From the human T2T-CHM13v2.0 reference genome, Homo sapiens: a DNA stretch of 64,000 nt. Position numbers and translations under genes: made by a program. Below, one piece after another: positions 1 to 13,263 of the stretch (positions are counted from its first letter, which is position 1; every line of letters starts with the position of its first letter). The DNA lies in assembly GCF_009914755.1 (NCBI RefSeq), contig NC_060947.1. One strand, written 5' to 3'. The notes below the pieces were generated by a model. It was not told the DNA's origin, ran no database searches, and saw only the letters and a list, made by a program, of their open reading frames with translations.

Positions 1-1608
1 GGGTTTTATGCCCTTGTGAAAATTCCATTCCTAGTAGGATTCCAAATGGGGATTTAAAAAAATTATCCACATGGTCTGAATGGCTAAAATCCAGCAAATA
101 TATCTAGAACATGACAATGCTGGGCGAGTCCTGCTGAGATCATTGCTTGAGGTACTGAGAACATTCCCAGACAAACCAATCCAACTGTGACTAATGAACA
201 AGTTCCATTTATGATCTATAGCTTGAGAATGCTCCAGGAAGAATCTCCTCTTCTCTACCATTACCACCCCCACCACCTTATTCTAGGCTCTCACTTGCAC
301 TATTGCAAGGACCACTTACCTGGCTTCTTAAATTCTATTTTGTGCCCACCCAATTGCCACTCACAGTGATCTTAAAACTTAAATCATTTCCTGACTCCCT
401 TGCATAAAATTCTTCTTAAATGGCTTCTCCTTTCACATAAGTAAAATAGAAACCCTCAGCTCTTGCTTGCAAGACCTTGCATGGTATGGTGCCTGCTTAC
501 GTCTACATTCATGCATGCGTTTGATCATTCAGTAAATACGTATTAAATCCTTAGCTTTTGTAAGGGGAGCAAAACAGCGAAAGATCTCTGCTCTAATGGA
601 TTTGACATTCTGGTTGAAAGAAGCAGAAAATTGATGAAACAAAAAGGTAAAATATATAGTGTATAGCAGGATTCAGTTACCTAGGACTTGAAAGATCAAG
701 AGGAAAGTGAAGTCACCAGAACGAGGAGAGATTGAGGATTGTATGGAAAAGCTTCTGACAAACACTGGGACCTTAGACCACGGGACTCAGACAGCCCTAG
801 ATGGCCCTGTTGGGAGGGAGTTGGATGAATAAACACGGTGACTGTCTTTCCTATTTCAGATCTCCTCCTGGTCTTCTCTGCTAGCCAAACATAACAGGAA
901 ACTAGAAGGATGAAAGGAGCTTATTGATGTAGCCCAAATGATCAGTCTTGGAGAGAGGAACAGAGAACAGGATGAAGAAGGTTGGGGAGTGTGGAGGGCA
1001 AAAAGAAGGGATGCAGTATAAGGTTGTGATTTTAAGTGGGGTGATCAGGGAAGTCCTCGCTGAAAGCTTCATCTCAACAAAGTGTCCCTGTCACTCTCTT
1101 TTGTCTAAATGCACTGGCTTTCTTACATATACTCAGCTCTGCCTTGCTCCCACCTATCTGGGCTCAGGGCCTTTGCATATGTTGATACTCCTATCTGAAA
1201 TGGTTCTTCCTTCCCTTCCCCTTTAATTAATTAACTTAATTGAGTTGGAGTTAGTTGCTTAATTAACTCCTGTTCCACAGATGGAAGCTCTGGTGTCCTT
1301 TCTTCAAGAAAGCCTTCCCTGAGACCTTAGCCTATTCAGATACCCGCTGTTCTGTGCTCCATCTTCTGTACTTCTCCTGCTGTGTGCCATCCATATTTAT
1401 TTGACTAATTAATATTTGTCCTGCTCACTCGACCTTAAGGTACATAAAGACAGGGAATATGTCCGTGTTCTCCTTCACTATATTCACAGAGTTTGGAATG
1501 CAGTATGTAGTGAATAAATATTTAATTATTGAGTGATTGAAGATTAGTAAATAGGAAAAAGTCACACTGAGAGATCCCTTGTCCTAAACTCCTCATTACT
1601 TTATATCT

Positions 1609-1786
1609 ATTGTCTTTTTTGTGACTATGTATCTTTGGGTTATCAGAGTTCTAAATCCTCCATGAAAACTATTTTGGACTTCTCTAGTTCACATTAATCT
1701 CTTCTTTTTCTGGACTCAAATTGAGGGTGTGTTCAGAATCTCACAGTTTAGCACCTAGAACTGATACCTTAAGATCTGTGCATTTT
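1609..1786 (+). repeat. Left arm of 178-bp inverted repeat
   Basis: Reverse complement of 2176-2353 by eye; one mismatch seen (tctctAgttc vs tctctGgttc). Confidence 0.97.
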
Positions 1787-1790
1787 ACTG

Positions 1791-1861
1791 CATATATCTC
1801 AATATAAATGGGACATATATCTCAATAAAAATGGGACATATATCTCAATATAAATGGGACA
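1791..1861. repeat. 23-bp tandem repeat x3 (catatatctcaataWaaatggga)
   Basis: Three consecutive near-identical units read directly. Confidence 0.95.
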
Positions 1862-1967
1862 AAAACCTATACATGACAGTACACATATTGGAAAAACCAC
1901 ATTTTAAAAAGATTCATAGTAACATGTTAACATTCTTGGCTATAGGGCTAAGGGATGGGAATTTGGA

Positions 1968-2175
1968 TAAAAATAAAATAAATAAATAAATAAATAAATA
2001 AATAGAACTAGTTTATTTATTAAAATAAATAGTTTATTTTATTTATTTATTAAAAATAATTAAATTTTTATATACATATAAAATTTTTATATATAATTTT
2101 TATTTATTATATAAAAATAAATATATTATATAAATATATTATATATAAATAAATATATACAATTTTTATTTATTA
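1968..2175. repeat. (TAAA)n followed by almost pure A/T low-complexity, locally palindromic tract
   Basis: Nearly no G/C; local mirror centred on aactagtt at 2006-2013. Confidence 0.9.
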
Positions 2176-2353
2176 AAAATGCACAGATCTTAAGGTATCA
2201 GTTCTAGGTGCTAAACTGTGAGATTCTGAACACACCCTCAATTTGAGTCCAGAAAAAGAAGAGATTAATGTGAACCAGAGAAGTCCAAAATAGTTTTCAT
2301 GGAGGATTTAGAACTCTGATAACCCAAAGATACATAGTCACAAAAAAGACAAT
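2176..2353 (-). repeat. Right arm of 178-bp inverted repeat
   Basis: Reverse complement of 1609-1786. Confidence 0.97.
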
Positions 2354-2485
2354 TTATTAAAAATAAATAAATAAAATAAATAAATAAATAAAACTAGTGA
2401 GCAATTATGATGGTAGCATAAATGAAAACATGCACATGCACATACACATACACACCAAAGGCCACCAGGACTGGGACCTGTGTAT

Positions 2486-2871
2486 TGATACAGTTTGGCT
2501 TTGTGTCCCCACCCAAATCTCATGTTGAATTGTAATTCCCAGTGTTGGGTGAGGGACCCGGTGGGAAGTGATTGGATCATGGGAGTGGATTTCCCACATG
2601 CTGGTCTCATGATAGTGGTAAGTTCTCACCAGATCTGATGGTTTAAAAGTGTGTTGCACTTTCCTGCTTGCTCTTTCTCTCTCTCCTGCTCCGCCATGGT
2701 AAGATGTGCTTGCTTTCCCTTCGCCTTCTGCCATGATTGTGAGTTTCCTGAGGCCTCCCAGTCATGCTTCCTGTTAAGCCTGTGGAGCTGTGAGTCAATT
2801 AAATGTCTTTTCTTCATAAATTACCTAGTCTCAGGTAGATCTTTACAGCAGTGTGAAAACAGACTAATACA
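2486..2871 (+). mobile_element. MaLR solo LTR, MSTA-like
   Basis: Starts tgatacagtttggctttgtgtccccacccaaatctc, ends agactaataca; degenerate 5-bp TSD tgtat/ggtat. Confidence 0.9.
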
Positions 2872-5149
2872 GGTATGTATATCACCCCTGGAAATTGTAA
2901 TGTTGCCTTCCCACCTCACATCTATTTTTGGTTGCTCAATATGATTTTATAGCAACATGGCTTCTTCACCAATAATAGCCACTTCAGAAATCTTTAAATG
3001 ATATGGACTTGTTGAGTTAAAAAATAATTCAACTATCTTCGTGCCCAGTAGAATCCAGGATAATAGAATATGGCATCTGCCCTTCACATTGCAGGATTAT
3101 CTGTGCCTCCTTGGATTTCCCTCCAGTGCATCTGTTTATATTCAAGTCAGGATCTTTCTGCTAGATGTTGGTATATGTGTCATTCACACACTCTCAGTTA
3201 CATCGTAAGGTAAGCATTGGCTATTCAAGAATTGGTTTCTGCCTTCACTAGAGTCACAGAAACCCTATGCATAGGGCAAAGCAGAATGGCTCAGTTGTCC
3301 AGGTCATTTTCATTGCTGTTCCCTTGGCCCCTCCCTTTTTCTCTGCCTGTAGTCCTCTTGGGATCTGCCTATTGGCTTGAGTTTTCATATTTCCACCTTG
3401 CTCTGACCCTGATGTCCATGACTTCCTGGTGTTAATCTACTTACTGGACTTCTGACTCCCTGAACTCTGTGCCTCATGTTGCCTTTGCACCCTGACTCCA
3501 GCTTGCCTAGTTGGCTCTGACTTGCTGCTTTGCTCTGACCTTTGGTTTCTCTCTTCCCACCTTTACCTGAATTCTGGAATGCTTACACTAGCCTTCACCT
3601 TTGCCCCTGGGTACCAGGTCCTACCCCAGGACTACCTCACTCTTCTGCCAATTCCCTTTGCCCCGTCTCAGATTTACCTCTGCCCTCCTTATCCCAGCTC
3701 CCACTTTTTCATCCATGACCCACTGCCACATATATTACTCAAAACTCACAATCTAGAAAACTCTCCCATCCCCACCATTGCCACCAGCAACCAAGGACAG
3801 AAGTTTATATTTTGAAGCAGTGTCAGCAACATTCTGTGAGCTGTTAGGAGGAAGACACAGGACGTGACCTCTTAGCTTAGATGAACAATATTGCCACTTA
3901 CCAAATGGGAAATTATAACAATAATTACTAAGAAGGGATTTTTATGAGTACTTAGTGCCTGAGGGGCCAAAGGACCTTGTCATCACTTGGGTGACAGAGA
4001 GAGCAGAGGATTTGTCTGAAAAAGAAGATTTTTAAGGGTCATATCATACTTGTAGTTCCCATTTTGAGTTTGGTTGAGGAGAAAGAGAGCCGCATTGATT
4101 TTCATAATTAAAAACACGTTTTTACCATTGTGGGGGCAGTAGGGTAGGGGTACGGGGCAGTGAGCAAAAGGGAAATCAATTGGTTAGGAATCTCAGAGAG
4201 TTAATGGAATAGGTGAATTGAAGTCCACTAGATTGCATGGTTTTCTCCTTGATATGAAAGATTTACAGTTCCAGAACTCACATTAGCATTAACGAGGATT
4301 TCACATGTAAATTCTCAGCAAATCCAAAGAACTGTTAATTCCTTACACCTGGATGGTGTTCTGAGCCATAGTTTTTTTCCCCTTAGCTTTTTATAATCCA
4401 ATGGCTATTAAAGAGCACAACTTTAAAAATTGCCCATCCAAATGACACAAGTTAAAACAAAGACAAGGTGTTTACAAAAACCTCCTTGCTTCTAAAACAG
4501 GAGAGGCACTAATATGATCCTCGTTATTAGTGGCATTCAAAGAAAAGGTGTTATGTAAATCCAAGGTACAGTCTTATCATTTCCAATTATTATCATTATA
4601 TGGTGTTTAATTTTTAAAATTATGCTGATTATTAGTCCAATGTTTTTGCAGGAAATTATAGCAGTTACCTACTTCTAGAGATGAAAGAGAAAGGTTATCA
4701 ACTTCCTGTCTTATTTCCTTGTCCACATGGAGAAAGAACGATCAATTTTAATACAGTAAGAGTCTACCAAAAATGTTTTACTTCCTTAAGAATGAGGAGC
4801 AGGGAAAAATATGAACCATGGGTCAAAATTGTAAGAAGGCAGATTTCAGGTGAGTATAAGAAAAAAATTTAAAACATTAGATCTGCCTCTAACTGCATAG
4901 GGATCCTTTGTTGTGGAGTGCATTTCCTGTCAATAGAGCTATTCAAACCAAATAATAGTATGTTAGGGACATTGTGCAAAAGATGTCCATATCAGCTAAT
5001 TTAGATAGCTTCCAAGGTCCCATTCAGCTCTGAAACTCTTTTTCCCAATATTCCAAAGTGTTGGTTTGAAAGAAAGGAATTAAATTTTTACAGTTTTAAG
5101 AGGTAATGAATATGAAATATGAAGAACCTCAGAACCATGACATCATTTT

Positions 5150-6190
<1,041 letters not shown>

Positions 6191-6199
6191 CATTAACAG

Positions 6200-6850
6200 T
6201 CTTCTTGAGTTGTTATTTATTTTATGCTAACCACATCCCAGGTCCTATATTAAGTACCTCACATGCATCATCTCATTTAATGCTCAAAAAACTCTTCCAT
6301 TTTAACACTGTGGAAATTGAAGCCCAGAAAAGTTAAGTAATTTTTTCAAAATCATGAATCATAAACCTGGGAAGTGGCAGAGCTAGGTCAATCTGATTCC
6401 AGTGCCTGTATGCACTCTTTAACAATGATGCTATCCTACCTACTCCTTTGGAAAATGACTTTAAGTATAGCAGATGGAAAGCTGTCCAATTCATTGTAGA
6501 GCAAATAAGTAAAACAGCAAACTCCTTAGAAGGTATTGGTTTGGTATCCATGTTTTTTCTACTTTGGTTAAATTGGAATTGATACTCCTAGTAGTTTGGC
6601 TGTGGTAGGGTAGGAAAGAGAGTAGATGTGTAATCAGAACACCTGAGCTCATATTCTGGCTTTCTCACTTACTAGATGTGTGGCCTTCAGTAAGTCACTT
6701 AACCTCACCAAGATTCAGCTAGGTTCTTGTCTATAAAATGGGGGCTAATGACACCTTTCTCACAGGGTTTTTGTGAAGATTAGATAAGCCGATGGATGTA
6801 AATGCACTTTGTAAGCTCCAAAACACTATATAATTAGAATGGGTTATTAT
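6200..6850. mobile_element. Two MIR fragments in opposite orientations
   Basis: MIR core motifs gaaattgaagcccagaaaagttaagtaa and aagtcacttaacctc...gtctataaaatgggg. Confidence 0.75.
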
Positions 6851-7057
6851 TGTTATTATCTCAAATGATTGTAGCAGGATTGCAGATACAATGCACAGTA
6901 CAACTTGGCTGTGCAAAGAAAATCAAATTTTACAAATGAATCTCCATCTAATCTGACCTTTCTCTTGAGCCCAGAGAGGTGGGTGGGTACCAAAATCTTA
7001 AATATCTAATTAGGTTTAAAACTTAGTCTGATTTAGTACTTTAAACCAAAAATTATC

Positions 7058-7626
7058 AAACTTTTTTGTAGAGAAATGAATAGTAAATATTTTAGCTTTT
7101 GTGAGCCATATGGTTTCTATTGCAAGTATAGTCATCCCTCAGTACCCAAAGGGAATTGGTTCCAGACCTCCCCCGACCCCCACCCTTGGATACCAAAACT
7201 CACAGATGCTCAAGAATCAGATATAAATTGGTGTAGAATTTGCATATAACCTATGCACATCCTCCCGAGTATTTTAAGTTATCTCTAGACTGCTTATAAT
7301 ACCTAATGCCACGTCTAAACATTACATTGTTTCTGTGGATTCAATGTAGTACTCAGTGCACAGCGAATATAAGTTTTGCTTTTTGTTACTTTGTGGATTT
7401 TTTTCCCTGAATATTTTCTATCCAGAGTTGGTTGAATCCATGCTTGTGGATATGGATTCACATATATGGAGGTATAGAGATATGGAGGGCTTATTGTTCT
7501 CAACTCTGAGAGCTAAAGTGTCCATAAGAGTGTATGTAAGTGACCTGGAGTGACTAAGTTCTAATAAAACTTTATTTACAAAAACTCACGGCAGATTTGG
7601 CCCATAGGTCATACTTGACCATCCTC
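7058..7626. mobile_element. MER58A-like hAT element with nested MER2/MER2B Tigger-type MITE (~7129-7497)
   Basis: MER58 motifs (tagtaaatattttag..., ctaataaaactttatttacaaaaac...gatttggccc) flank tagtcatccctcagtaccc...gatatggagggc. Confidence 0.8.
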
Positions 7627-7769
7627 TAGTTTTAATGATCCCTTTAGATAGTTTTCAGTTTTTCTTGGAAAAAAATACTATCTCAGATAAAAGTCTTCTG
7701 CTTCTTGTTATAAACTGGTGTCTGAGTATATGGGGAGAAGGCTTTTGGAAACTTTTAGTGTTAGGGGAT

Positions 7770-8272
7770 TGTATTAGTCTGTTTTCATACTGCTATAAAG
7801 AAATACCAGAGACTGGATAATTTATAAAGGAAAGAGGTTTAACTGACTCACAGTTCTGCAGACTGTACAGGAAGCATGGTGCTGACATGTTTGACTTTTG
7901 GGGAGGTGTATTAGCCCATTCTCACACTGCTGTAAAAAACTTCCCAAGACTGGGTAATTCATTAAAAAAAAGAGGTTTAATTGACTCACAGTTCTGCATG
8001 GCTGGGGAGGCCTCAGGAAACTTACAATCATGGCAGAAGGCAAAAGAGAACCAAGTACCTTCTTCACAAGGTGGCAGGAAAGAGAACAAAGGGGGAAGTG
8101 CCAGACACTTATCAAACAACCAGATCTAGTGAGAACTCCCTCACTATCATGAGAACAGCATGGGGAAAACCACTCCCATGATCCAGTCACCTCCCACCAG
8201 TTCCCTCCTTCGACACATGGGGATTACAGCTCAAGATGAGATTTGAGTGGGGACACAGAGCCAAACCATGCA
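7770..8272 (-). mobile_element. Composite MaLR LTR: MST-type fragment (7770-7905) abutting a complete MSTA/THE1D-like LTR (7906-8272)
   Basis: The LTR terminal motif tgtattag... occurs twice; element ends ggggacacagagccaaaccatgca. Confidence 0.85.
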
Positions 8273-11200
8273 GCAATGATTGGAATTATTGGATCTTTGT
8301 AGCCTCTATATTGCCCTCTGGCTACTCTGGTGGCTGGCTGATGTCCCTTGTCTCCTATTTGCTGCTTGCTGTATTTGCATTTATAGCTGAAGTTTACAAT
8401 TTCATCAATAGTGATTGTGTTCCTCTTTCTTGGTTTGGCCAGAGCCTGGAAATATGGCCTGGTTGCCTCTGCTTCCTCTCACTCTCATTATAGATCGGTC
8501 TCTGCCAGATCTTCCATTAGCCCACTGGCTGGTATCTGTAGTGGGCTCATTTCTTTGCCACAGTGGTTCTCATGACAGACTTAATGGCCTTTACCTCAAT
8601 GTCCATTCCTTATGAAAACTAAGGGCTGTTGGGGAAAGCTAAATTTCAGGGATCCCTCTGCCTCACCAAGGACACTTTCATGTAGTTGGCCTTACACTGG
8701 AAGTTATAGGGAAATCTGTGAGATAGCTTCCTCCCATAGTTTCAAGCTGGGAGTAGTGTTACCCTTATCTTACTGTGCTTCTCCCTATAGACTTATCTCT
8801 CTTTTATAGCATTCTCTCTCCCTTTTTCCTCCCACAGTTCCCCAAGGCTGAAAAGGTACAATGTTCTTCTACCTCCTCTAGATTGTATCCCACTTCTACC
8901 ATATAGTTGGCCTAGCTGTCACAGGGAAATGGATAATATTTCTGGGGTTCTCTTTGAGATCGACCCTCAAAACAGCCCTTGATTTTACTAAAGGAAGAGA
9001 TTGAGGAATTTGGATACATACAGGTAATTTTTTTTACTTGGATTTAACGTAATTTATGTGTGTGTGTGTATGTCATCCCTAGCAAGAAGTATAAGAGTAG
9101 AGACATTCATGCAGTAATAAAAAAATTATCAGTTACACTATTGACATTGCTTTAAGACACTAGCCTGACTTGTAAAGCTGTTGCCCTACTGCATGATCCT
9201 ATTTTACACATAAGAAGCAAATATTGTCCTTTCTCTGTTCATTTCTTCTCCCTCTGTCATAAATGCTAATCTCTCTGCTATCCACCTCTACCTCTTCCCC
9301 AAATGGCTACCTCACGCAAACTAGGATGTAAGTTAACCTCCTAAAAGGCAATAGAGAAGTGTATAGTAATACTTTTCCACCTCTGTCTTCTTTTAGATGA
9401 TTGTTTACCTCTTGTCAGAGTTGATCTGACTATGAGTGCCAGTAAAATATAGTGATTAAAAGCATAAGCTTCGAAGTCATCCATATCTGGTTTTAAGTCT
9501 CAATATCACTACGCACTATCTCTGTCATCTTGGGAAGTTGTTTAACTCCTTGATACTTCACATTCCAAAACTGAAAAATGCAGGCATTAATAGCAATTAA
9601 TACCATTAAATTATTGATTACTTACTGTTGCTAAGCACTTTACATGTTCTATCTAATTTCATTCTAACTAATCAATAAGTGATAGCTATTTATTTTTATT
9701 GCTTGCAACAACGGTACACCCATTAAACAAATGAGCTAGACTCTGCATCTGGGTTACTATCTCAGCATCTAATGTTGGCATGTCAACACAGATTCATTTC
9801 TTTTGGGAGAAATGTAGGAGAGGTTGTGCAAGTCACAACTGTCATGTCCTGCTTGGTCATAGGGAGAAAGCAGGAAAAGGGGATTTCTCTCTCATTTTTT
9901 TTAATCTTCTTTCAAAAACTCACTTAGTCTGTCTGGAGCATAGAAAGGACAAACTGGAAGTGGGAAAAGGAAAGAAGAGGAGACTATACAGGGTGGCTTT
10001 CCCTCAGAAATCAAGAGTTCATCTGAAGACTTCCCAGGCAGATCTACAGCAAATATCTCCTCCCATAAAACCCACCCTGAGTCCACAGCAATTAGAGAAG
10101 ACCACTGTGATTTTTGCTGAAAATCAAAGCAAACTGGAGGCTGTAGACCACATGGAGTCTGGGCACGATAGTTGCACAGTGCTATTCCATGGAAATACAT
10201 GGGGGAATATAAGTGGAGGAAGTGTTTGATATTGTTTTGCAAATAACTGTGTGCCCAGGGAGAGGTTTGAAGCATGCCAGGAAAGGAGAAAACTATATTG
10301 ATTTCATCTGTAATGACCTGTGTATCTTGAAAGGTGAAGGAACAATTGGTTTTCAAAGACTGGGCTCTGATGAAAGTTTGTTACTTAATATACCGTTTTG
10401 CTTCTGTCTTTGATGTACTGAGCACTATTTTGCAAGAGGCAAAAAACAGTGCCTGCATTTTTCTTTCTTTTTTGCTTGCATCCAGCACGCTTATTTTCAT
10501 TAAATTGTCTCTGGATCCTGTGAAGTGAGGCTCATCTCTCCCGCTCCGTGCAGTAGAGGAAAAACAAACAAGAACTGAAAGAAATGGAAGGTGAAATGTC
10601 AAGTACCTAAGGCATTCCAGTCTAACCTTGAGCAGAGGCCAGCTACTGAACGCAGAAGGTAATAAGACAAATTCCAGAGTGTGTTTTTATAATGGGATGG
10701 CTTGCAAGCCATGCTGACAGCGGGCTATACTCTCACAGCTCTATTTATTTATAGCTCCCCCTCCACCCAAATGCTACAGAACAACAAGTATTCTGACAAG
10801 TTGGAATGCTAATAGATTACGTGAAAAGCAAATCAATAAAAACCCATTCCAAAATGTCTACCTTCCCCCAGTAATTATGTAGGAAATAGGATAATGGGAA
10901 TTCTTTTTTCAAATCTAGTGAGGTTTAGGGATCAGGACAGGAGGTGAGGATGAAATATATGCTGTTTGGCCTGATTAGAAGGATAGGAGGGATTCAGTTA
11001 GATTTAGAGGCTCCAGACAGCATCTGATATTTATACAAGTCTATTCCTCTGGTTAGTGCCTCTGGGCCCTCCAATTCCTGTAGTCTGGTGGTCTTTTAGA
11101 TAAGTTCTGTGTCACGGTATTTAAATTTGGAGAGTGCTGTACATTCCAACTAAAAACAGGGCAACTGTGTCCTGGCTCTTTAAACATGGCCCTGACTGGT

Positions 11201-12310
11201 CTACCTTTTCTCCCTGATTTTTCATTTAGCAAAAACTATTCACTGTATAGACAGATGGGGCCTTACTGGATACACGAGGGTGTCTAATAATTAGGGACAG
11301 CTGCTTCAGGTAAATGCAGTTTGCAGATGGCAAAGGAACACCAGATTATGCTAATTTTCCCAAAATAACTCTTCATAAAAGCTTACAGCAGAGCTGACTC
11401 TTCTGTTGTGTTCCTGAAACAATGATAATGCAAAGAGTAAAGAGTCTGAGTGAAATCTCTCCTCTCTTCCCTCCCCACCCCACTTCTATAGCTTCAGTCT
11501 TGGAGAATTTTGCAGAATAGCCAAGAAGGCAAAACACACCTAAGTGGAGGAAGCAATCTGCTTGCTTATTCTGGTTCCTGTTAACTAGCACCATGTTTTA
11601 TGAGCTATCAGCAGAAAAACATGGTGTAGCGCCCAAAATGATGCCGACCTGGTAGACTATGAAACGTACTTTTCAGCTATATCTTTCTGTGACTTGAACC
11701 TGGCACAGTGTAATGGTCTCTGGAAGAGTACTGAAGCCTGAGTCCTAATTTTATCTCAGTTGCTTAACTTTTTGTGTGACTTGGGTCAAAGCAGTCTCTA
11801 GATTTCTGTTTATTCATCTGTCAAATGGTGAAGGGTGAATTCATGGAGGTATTATTGAGGATCCATTTAGTTAATATGAGCGCTTCAAAGAAAATGGGTA
11901 AATTTTTACATAAAAGCATTTCATAACTCAGACATTTTTCAGTGCCTTATTCAGTGCTGGAGATAGCTTCCTTACTAAACAAATATTGGTGTACTAGATA
12001 TGTTTCCAAAAATCCTAAAATGCCATTTGCAGAACCATATTTCACTCTGACCACTCCATTAGTTTGCTAGGCCTGAGTATGTTGCCTTCACCATACAAGG
12101 TGACACTTGCCTCTAGATTTTCCTATAAACATTATTCTGGTTTCTTTCCTACATGTTTTGCCTTTTTATCATCAGAACAGGGCTTTTCAATGTTTGGTCT
12201 TATACCACATGCATCAGAATCACTTCATATAATGTGAATACCTGGGCCAGCGCCCTGAGATTCTCGTGAAGTACATCTAGTAAGGGGCTTTGCAATATGA
12301 TTTGTTTTTA

Positions 12311-12697
<387 letters not shown>

Positions 12698-12957
12698 TCA
12701 GCGTTTAACAAACATGGACAGGCTAACTCATATACTATCTGTCATATTTATCCCTCTTATTTCTTATCATATATGTGAGTTACCCCATCCTGTGCAGACT
12801 TGCTTAGTTGTAGAAAAGGGGTTGGAGGAAACTATACAGTCCTTTTCTTCAGATTGGCGCACACATACAGATTCTCCTTTTTCTCTCTGGCTCTGTGCCC
12901 TGGGAGCCTTTTTGGAACTCTAGAGTCAGAGCCAGTCAGGCAGGCAGGTTCATATCA

Positions 12958-13263
12958 ACAGTGGCTCTCAAAGTGTGGTGCCTGGACCAGTAGCATCAGC
13001 CTCACTTGGGAATTTGTTAGACAGGCAGACTCTCAGTACTCCACTCCCACTGCATCTACAGAATCATTCATTACCACAATACATTTGTACTCTCTGTGAA
13101 GAAAATGCATTTAGAGTTATTTTTTCCACCATGTCAATGCACAGAAGCATCCACCCTTGCTTCTGAGGGTAGAAACCCTCAGAAACTGAGGTGGGCTCAA
13201 CAATCTGTGATTTAATTACCCCTTCAGGGGATTCTGATGTATGTTGAAGTCTGAGAACCACTG
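12958..13263. mobile_element. MER5A hAT MITE carrying a ~110-bp internal insertion (13067-13178)
   Basis: TIR-like ends cagtggctctcaaagtg / tgagaaccactg; typical accagtagcatcagc and gattctgatg motifs. Confidence 0.85.

Noticed and set aside
9780-10356. Overlapping 149-aa (+) and 151-aa (-) ORFs in unique DNA
   Set aside because: No recognisable domain, no convincing donor/acceptor pair or promoter; lengths are compatible with chance.
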